Shown here piece after piece: positions 60,801 through 64,000 of a stretch of 64,000 nucleotides of DNA; the stretch's first letter is position 1, and every line of letters begins with the position of its first letter. This stretch comes from a virus. The notes below the pieces were generated by a model. The model saw nothing but the letters and a program-made list of their open reading frames with translations. It had not been told where the DNA came from and did no database searches. The translations under genes were made by a program, and so were the position numbers. The DNA lies in the IMG/VR virus record IMGVR_UViG_3300008113_000071, positions 1 through 64,000 of that record. One strand, written 5' to 3'.

Positions 60801-61300
60801 CAATGAATAGAAAAGAAATTCCTAAAGTGATTAATATTTCTACACTTTCAAGAGAAGGATCATCTGACTTTGTTGTTTACACTTGGGAGAATAGAATTTC
60901 TAAAGCTGATAAAGCCAAAGCTAAAAGAAAAGGTGATAGATCATATATCAATAAAGGATTATTCCAAAAGGTGTATTACATTAATGAAGATGGACTGAGA
61001 GTACCATTAGTGCAAGTTTCTGAATACAACAATAAGATTTATAAAAACTTTGTATACAAACATGTTAATGCTTGGGGTGATTCATTCAGAGCTAATGAGT
61101 TCTATAACTTTATCAGACCATCTGTATTAGATAATGATTTTATTAAAGTGGAAGAGAAGTTTAACGATGAGACTAGTGTGAAGATTTCTTCAGCTGAGGT
61201 GGCAGATGATGTAATTGCAAACATATATCTTGCAGGAACTAAAACTGAACCAAAGATTGAAACAGGAACAGAATTGAAAACTGATGATTTTAAATGCTAA
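48863..61300 (+). CDS. giant virion-packaged RNA polymerase (crAss/phi14:2 gp66-like)
   Basis: Catalytic GSDFDIDKL (DFDID at 58679-58693), RIPTQ upstream, TDGGGY; 4145 aa. Confidence 0.9.
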   Translation: MADNTPIPPLVDRTALEDAFGGYEPQGAPADLPNVAFRGLDKSSATAGTGEPVSILDALENSLTSMPSSVKLTGGGIPRSIAELTSSRYKAYVPGDYNNEDAYAQGQGWTEKMVNSVGKGLLLAGGTFLQGTVGLVNGVGRAAIDGRAASFYDNPENRALDDLYKWSEDFAPVFQTDAYKNLNWYSPSKLFSANFLWDGIVKNLGFAAGAYLSGGVYAAGLKALPLTARLFSVGKAAEALAATEQGLLGANKVADTFGKIKTLSDRFLTSYKLSSVGGRALVAGLSTTGEAGFEAAANLNAFRDKKIQEYVSTYGAEPDGEALAQINREAEAVGNTSFLLNVGLLTATNYIQFPKILGSSYKAERGMVNNLTKEIGELTTDEAGKYIAAPSRLGKVLGTLNKARPYIFSASEGFEEGSQYAIQIGTQDYYNKKSNNEPTTFLDSLSEGITQTLGTNEGMENVLIGGLSGAIMQARGKFSQGREITKNTAAAIEQFSKFKLSDFSKDTIDSVNRGTTIQEEREQQLKEGNVANSKDLEADYIINYLTPRIKYGRFDLVRAEIDDYRALALTDAGFAQLQAEGKALATDTKEQYLERLNGLEATANNVKSLYQSLNLRYGGMVNSKGEEIYSSDVMDKMVYAASKVADYDKRIPQLTSQLTDTSIDVMGIVDELVNDKKSDKFDAAIVELEQGKAITAEEDIQTLQDIGKLSLRRDLFLNEYSELKKSPEKFKEPEPLAETAKVPGAPVETVTIKTKDGDEDIEVGTEYFLGKVTEYSAEGSEVYRFPTLTIVGENEDGTVQIKTSTGEIRNVSKDVLADYKLGKVSDTLNNKKAKYFMDNINTMFEHYGIKDKDGKPEVGRLEYSLKKDKLVFVYKDDSGKIVRREVLNTMFKAAEGYRDAMVREIGKLTATQTESKKAFVEDTTTMSDKLRVRNQIVTDLYENSVKRVQEIEDKLTKNREKLNEIADSLDAASKTKDGKDRKRITKTLKKSINELSSLRNNIEKENNALLGEKNELEVNIPLFKNFIDELASLPEDSKEFVAQLKDDVSTFEDLIDITNDAIKSNNTLLQDIDKTLSDALSVFTDYIKRLREENPGIPLFMDELVAKLEKYQGEEGAKQFIAERLGFTDLVADLESDINDFSAELKLPELTAKADKLSNDIKELRKGLDDLVTQQIARRNILDAFEEFVEKQKQIKLEENKIQADKQLLAQFLGTMDNSVQNNPEPTKGYEAASKKPWQSVVGGTVAPGYKDAEKSFNKRANNFGFKFNSLENKDSIRGVVVTNATQDQIIPGLTEHLIGESGLDPKTVIALVMVQENKDGSYTLVDENGVAIPEGADLLNTAIFQVFPTEKLEATYDGKKESMFRETTPEYVEASLREQYTGWRENELKQTQLGQPQGITASFGIPQYVTRLNEKGIEERNYDARVSAEEAGLVDSEMLTEEPVIAVATNNTSITNGSVTFTTPLGRVFLQIPGGLAKLFNRKFNSKEANTIYDVILQLTKNAVTDGDIKTEKSQRLINWLKSTVYWGIAKNQAGERIPAGYNNVWFEEVNDEDGKPVTKLYISGKGEGFEFTPTSLEENKGEIVTLLQNMYNNTNATMVNQNAWNNPYFEITGIDSNGEPITKKWDNYQTYLLSSEGRTNEEIPLATQFKPITDTAPVNRVGIYFTLDTTVDDYVVPQSAPVVTPMEEAPKAPELPTEFFLAPKTQPEAKSVEAPKQEGFVLDGVKENTVQLGTFGAVTFTLDGKLYNETNGDKGFNPTIPASVTEAVMKAKDVTEEKAQQIIAASVIAKVAPQLESMKLPVVEPIVEFTEEENDEWNNSAPNTPDDTAYRLQLVKEAKQFDTEIWPKVEEFLRTKFPMLPIYRVKNVIQATNGRQAFGMLHNAAIYLQENAQVGTVYHEVFEAVWKMFATPEEKTALIKEFRNREGSYTDRFTGEEIKYSEATEAQLKEEIAEEYRDFELFGKAPDRSNGKSLISRLFSDIVNFFKTFFTGKNAANNTEELFKKMSSGYYAENYNPYIAPLSFANVGVIDIQDAFGGPDAEYRLETIPATQVNEIMQQMTYSTLTDLIKTDKSLFTIASVNKKELYEKLQKELLEIVRWKGSQYESAAAKGELTNEEAAREVGNLKTLYKNIKADWNDIIAKHQEYLKTYSIEFDENDNSILTDENNSGKSDYQAANKIDSFRRANSAIKILLATLPVTEVTNEGVKIKRSSIGGAVLMPSDQVFINLMNQLHDSTNVDDMFDRLRTMALGNPNYASLYKRLTKLAPSEQVDFSKLDDTGLQLVSAFWKSFKRQNADVISVFVLPEGDIVISDSTLSSAAKQSKRDMTANLINTIKGDNKYVKYDPKTFKYNALGAINNVQFTGSQLNGYTDFLKNLGIEFDIKAVRKLNDDQLKMFRKAVEGLKTSISQIEDVATLSTKTLNIDGRMLELGTIQAIIENPTFESTYFNINGERTQNFIGTNALSGLYDVLSKIDNINDLAGTEYAFLLTDVFSKGNSSVMLNKMFNIAKSGGRIKGSEEFMKPVYIDGTINEQKGKSKESSKLNYKERLIQEINLNLSGFYLNLVPGDASMEWAIKMHKEESPFVTEESYLTKDYLNIFKNYFISEVELARDGRKTVKPENSKDLRFFKAILGDALHKQIMTKANLKLSPEEVYENNKKEINAAVEEFIKNDAQDTRELLAGYGAIGYDEDGLYVENLAFGDNITEQSLNTKLQLLSVNYMIANIEMHKLVYSDPYQYSDELKRIKNFNSPRQPLVYGSKKINAAFNKQYNKGYSKDDIGYTDMNRDVFRSSVISDVFTVGSLPGYEIPFEETDGGGYISSKANRIFGIRSGEWTEDNEKQYRYDVAWEKRDKGFDLSKDEQLLLAQGNPNVRSTYTPRKPIVSGSKADGKNYNDIVLDKFALVPLSYRLLKEINADSNAIKLYEKMQRDDVDYVVYNTGRKVGAGITTPLYNEDGSFNNNPFEEINNIPFAIMGVQTEVPSKDTPLVTRGSQITKLVTLDFLEAGMPTDFEADGDFDSRFAKWITLDENKKLESSEIYKLIKENQDLLVAKTEADYQTLIKKLGIQQTVVNGKKAFVLGDVDKLIDTLRDEILKREVNENITDALNGFKQGDVVLEATPAYQQIRNILYSIADKTVVRPKISGGLKVQIPSTLLESTRVKGKEFTDKNGNVKYSYESNNLKFYTNKEGKRICEIMVGRWFKSDKTDAELLKYFNDTPEGQKVLEGIGFRIPTQKQNSIDSFVIKQFLPEEFGDSVVIPSELVRKVGSDFDIDKLSIYLKNIYVDGKGDIKAVPYFGIGEQAKAKFADMFDRGEFLTEEQVKQLDRYINEEREREFDLNSPEAKLIRDIFPEAFTDEAFAKEFIADLAKKGMKEGIVDNMYVKSLENQYIQSLQNLVSHESNFDNLIKPNSADQLKDLAKDINKKLGREEIDYSSVGNMLHRSFMSRLRQDFVSGKYAIGIAAVSQTNHAQNQRAVMYIDTDRLKTKNISEADKKWLGDGQIKLKEYNSIFAKDKKRPTLSMIKNAAGEYISDIIGQFIDGYVDISKGPWIMELGATPNVASTWLFLTKIGVPIKTTAYFMNQPIVRDYLRTVESAGYSWLFIDNFVDDMMEIYTPQEDITVTELPNEAGLGEMIGKKTSQLSNTQKAQQQLILEEFLKYAKMAEHLFQVTQGSNFDTATINDPYLVFKKQMQLKKAQNTIISSVDDILDKSFIGSLKDIIYDVRDAFSTILISDRTSDDTSKISVRDVMEAVLAPYTDLSDRDFVKVSQKAVADLFDWAVQTDTKLNNFITNALLGTDTYESAAKKVIEYRDKVLKDESHPLHDNLIINSIKLEPGSKNGKPDNLYIAGRDNKVYNQNQTIAAFRELREQLKAEGSDLYGRLVRLAVIQSGTTTSPISFTSILPYEDFKAYYNKTLSELENLPNLDEFYNLHVLERNNWNNTDIVPFKPYTLIKNKKGELFNPNMAFVAKRLVGAMNRKEIPKVINISTLSREGSSDFVVYTWENRISKADKAKAKRKGDRSYINKGLFQKVYYINEDGLRVPLVQVSEYNNKIYKNFVYKHVNAWGDSFRANEFYNFIRPSVLDNDFIKVEEKFNDETSVKISSAEVADDVIANIYLAGTKTEPKIETGTELKTDDFKC

Positions 61301-61304
61301 ATAA

Positions 61305-64000
61305 ATGAATACTTGTCAAGTAGGTATAAAGAGTACAGTTGAAAAATATGTAAGTGGTAAATCCTATTTAGGGTTTAATGGAAAAAACTTTATCCAGATT
61401 TTTACATCTGTTAAAGAGAAAGTTAATCCATCTAACTTTTATGGTGTTGCTACAAGTGTTGCAAACACTTTAAACAAAGCTATCAATTCTGATCTTGTAT
61501 TAGGAAGAGTATTTTATCCAACACAAACTCCTGGTGGAGTTGTTGGTGTTTCTATAAACCCAACAGCAGCTCAATTAAATCTATTGAATGCTAAAGAGGA
61601 AGCTGAGATTCAAGAAGCATTAGATATGCTTAATGCAGAAACTCCTGAACCTGATAGACTTGATATAGAAAATGACTTAGCGTTTGGAGTTGATGAGAGT
61701 GGAGATAGTTTCATTGCTTATCAAAATCAAGAAGTACCAGTTTCTAAAGCTAACTCTGAAACAGTTGCATTAGTAAAAGATGCTGCTGTTAAAATGGGCA
61801 TTGATATGCAAGCTCTGTCTGATTATGCTAAAGCTAATCCAGATGTAGATGTTAAAGATGTTAATGGTTTAGCTGATCTTACTAGAGGAGTTATTGCTAT
61901 TGCTACTGGTAAAGAAGATACTGCAATCACAGAAGAGGTTGTACATGTTGCTACAGCTATTCTTGAACAAACTAATCCACAACTAATCACTGCACTTATA
62001 TCTAAGATTGATAGGTTCAAAATCTACAAACAAGTCTTTGATTCTTATAGTAAACTTAAAGGCTATCAATTACCTAATGGTAAACCTGATATTCGTAAGA
62101 TTAAAAAGGAAGCTGTAGATAAATTAATAGCTGAAGCGATTGTTAATCAATCAGAAGGATCTACAGAGTTCCCTGAACTTATGCAGGAAGAAAATAGATC
62201 TATGATTAAACAATGGTGGGATACCATCAAAGATTATATCAAGGGTGTATATTCTAAAACAAACATTGATTTATTCCAAAAGGCTGGAGTATTAATTACT
62301 GAAGGTGAAGTTAATGGAACTGTATCTGATCTTGTAGAAGGTGGTGTATTCTTTCAAAGAATAGAGAATGCTATTCGTGATGAGTATTACGATAAGGTGA
62401 TAACTGAGAATAATAAGATGCAGTTAAATCCTAAGACACCAACTGATAAACGTCATTACACTTATGAAGGAGAACGTGTTACAAAATCTGTAACAGAAAA
62501 GGTTGATGAGGGTAAAAAAGAAATAGGTGGAGATGAGATTGATAAAATGATTTACGATCAGAAAAAAGACTTTGGTCTTGGAGGACATGATCTTATTGAA
62601 AATGAAATACTTACCAACTTAATTGATAAAGATGGTTTTGCAAAAAAAGAATTTACAAACACTCCAATTGCTAGTGACTTAAGTCCAGCAATACAAGAAA
62701 AGATAAAAGCATTTGCTAGAGAATTAATCCTATCATATCCAGAAGGAACTAGATTTCTTATTGAGAAGATGGTTATTAATACTAAAGAGAAAGGCATGCT
62801 TGCTTCTAAAGTAGATTTTAAAGCTATCATTCCTGTTATAAATAAAGAAGGACAACCTGATATTAAGGTGGACACTCTTGACTGGAAGTTTATTGGTATT
62901 GACAAAAACAAAACTGAAGATGTTCCTTGGTATAAAAGAAAGGATTGGATTGCTCAGATGCTTGAGTATGTGAAGATTGATCGTAACTATGGATTAAGAC
63001 CAGATCAAACTAGAAAATCTAGAATGGTCCCATTCATAGTTAATTATGAATATAACATTCCTGGAGTTCGTAAGAGTGGTGTATATGCTAAGTCTTTAGA
63101 GATTGGTAAATTAGATAGCACACAAGAAACAAACTTATACTTACTTCCTGTTCCTGTTATCAGTGAAACTACTGGAAACAAAGAAGTTGATAAATTAATT
63201 TTAGCTCTAAGAAAACAATGGGAGAAATTATATTCAAAACCAGTTACTCCAGAGAATAGAGATGCTAAGAACTTACAACTTAATGAGATTGATAAAGCTA
63301 TTCGTCACTTACATGTTAAGATTGACTTTGAACCTTTATACAATGTAGGTAAAACATTCTTAGATAGTGCAGCTACAACATTTAAATCTTTTGAGAATAT
63401 TGATTACTCAAACTTATCAGCAGAACAAATTCAAGAAAAACTTGGAGAACTATTATCATATCAAGCTAGTGCTCAAAAGTTTACAAACTTAGATCAAATC
63501 TTCCTATCTCATATTTCTAGAGAGGACATGAGTCCAGCAGATAAATTAATTCTTTCACGTTTAGAAGATGTTTCTAAAGCTACAGAAAGAATGATGGATA
63601 GAATTGAACAAATACAAAAAGATTATGTTGTTCAATTAGCTCTCAAAGAAGGATTTACAACAGAGACTGAGGGTGATTCTATATTAGATGCTGAGGTTGC
63701 AGTGACTGCATTTGCTAAAACATTTTTAGAAGCATCAAAACTTTCATCTAAGATTATTAATCTTGCTTCTAATTTATGGTTAAGAGCAAAAAGTTTAACT
63801 GACATTAGTGTATCTAATAAGATAGATGATTTTGAGAAGGTATTAACTCCTGCATTTAATGAAGCTAGAGCAAAAGGTAAAAGCGTATTTGATTTAATTG
63901 GTAGAGTTTATAATGGTGAGTTATCACTTAATAAAAAGATTGACTCTAAGTTCTTAACTGAAATTGATGCAGCAAAAGAAAAAGGAGATAAACAATTTTT
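61305..64000 (+). CDS. large virion protein (partial) with zincin-like and PD-(D/E)XK nuclease-like domains
   Basis: Not in track because no stop is reached. MNTCQVGIK... appears open to the window end; EEVVH; HY..SVT..GLGGH..E..VD..DWK..QMLEY. Confidence 0.8.
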   Translation, partial: MNTCQVGIKSTVEKYVSGKSYLGFNGKNFIQIFTSVKEKVNPSNFYGVATSVANTLNKAINSDLVLGRVFYPTQTPGGVVGVSINPTAAQLNLLNAKEEAEIQEALDMLNAETPEPDRLDIENDLAFGVDESGDSFIAYQNQEVPVSKANSETVALVKDAAVKMGIDMQALSDYAKANPDVDVKDVNGLADLTRGVIAIATGKEDTAITEEVVHVATAILEQTNPQLITALISKIDRFKIYKQVFDSYSKLKGYQLPNGKPDIRKIKKEAVDKLIAEAIVNQSEGSTEFPELMQEENRSMIKQWWDTIKDYIKGVYSKTNIDLFQKAGVLITEGEVNGTVSDLVEGGVFFQRIENAIRDEYYDKVITENNKMQLNPKTPTDKRHYTYEGERVTKSVTEKVDEGKKEIGGDEIDKMIYDQKKDFGLGGHDLIENEILTNLIDKDGFAKKEFTNTPIASDLSPAIQEKIKAFARELILSYPEGTRFLIEKMVINTKEKGMLASKVDFKAIIPVINKEGQPDIKVDTLDWKFIGIDKNKTEDVPWYKRKDWIAQMLEYVKIDRNYGLRPDQTRKSRMVPFIVNYEYNIPGVRKSGVYAKSLEIGKLDSTQETNLYLLPVPVISETTGNKEVDKLILALRKQWEKLYSKPVTPENRDAKNLQLNEIDKAIRHLHVKIDFEPLYNVGKTFLDSAATTFKSFENIDYSNLSAEQIQEKLGELLSYQASAQKFTNLDQIFLSHISREDMSPADKLILSRLEDVSKATERMMDRIEQIQKDYVVQLALKEGFTTETEGDSILDAEVAVTAFAKTFLEASKLSSKIINLASNLWLRAKSLTDISVSNKIDDFEKVLTPAFNEARAKGKSVFDLIGRVYNGELSLNKKIDSKFLTEIDAAKEKGDKQF

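Noticed and set aside
48928-62911. Minus-strand ORFs inside RNAP and the next giant gene
   Set aside because: Antisense shadows from codon bias, with no recognisable motifs.
1-64000. Stop-codon reassignment (TAG/TGA), as in some crAss-like phages
   Set aside because: Very long ORFs are intact in the standard code, TAG and TGA end genes at sensible places, and no suppressor tRNA was seen.

Overview
A 64-kb section of a crAss-like (Crassvirales-related) phage of a Bacteroidetes host, probably environmental. It is AT-rich and uses the standard genetic code. Two divergent arms meet at a G/C-motif-rich junction at about 11.85-12.85 kb. The left arm (minus strand) carries small early genes, a tmRNA, a guanylate kinase-like gene, a GH73 muramidase, a family B DNA polymerase, a replication initiator-like gene, a DnaB-like helicase and a truncated SF2 helicase. 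The right arm (plus strand) carries RepL/IHF-like genes, TerL, portal, scaffold-like protein, MCP, ring/tail genes, ejection (cargo) proteins, a 4145-aa virion RNA polymerase (DFDID) and a truncated giant protein with a PD-(D/E)XK-like domain. The main observations are: (1) poly-Thr-linked Cys-rich modules on several virion proteins, including an apparently split tail muzzle gene; (2) a phage tmRNA with a long 23-codon tag; (3) recurrent short Gly-ending motifs (xAQxG, GGWLxKYE) partitioning the cargo proteins; (4) tandem H-type pseudoknots, a shared translational leader motif and paired operator-like boxes upstream of host-type late promoters. All family calls come from motif recognition by eye; no database searches were run.
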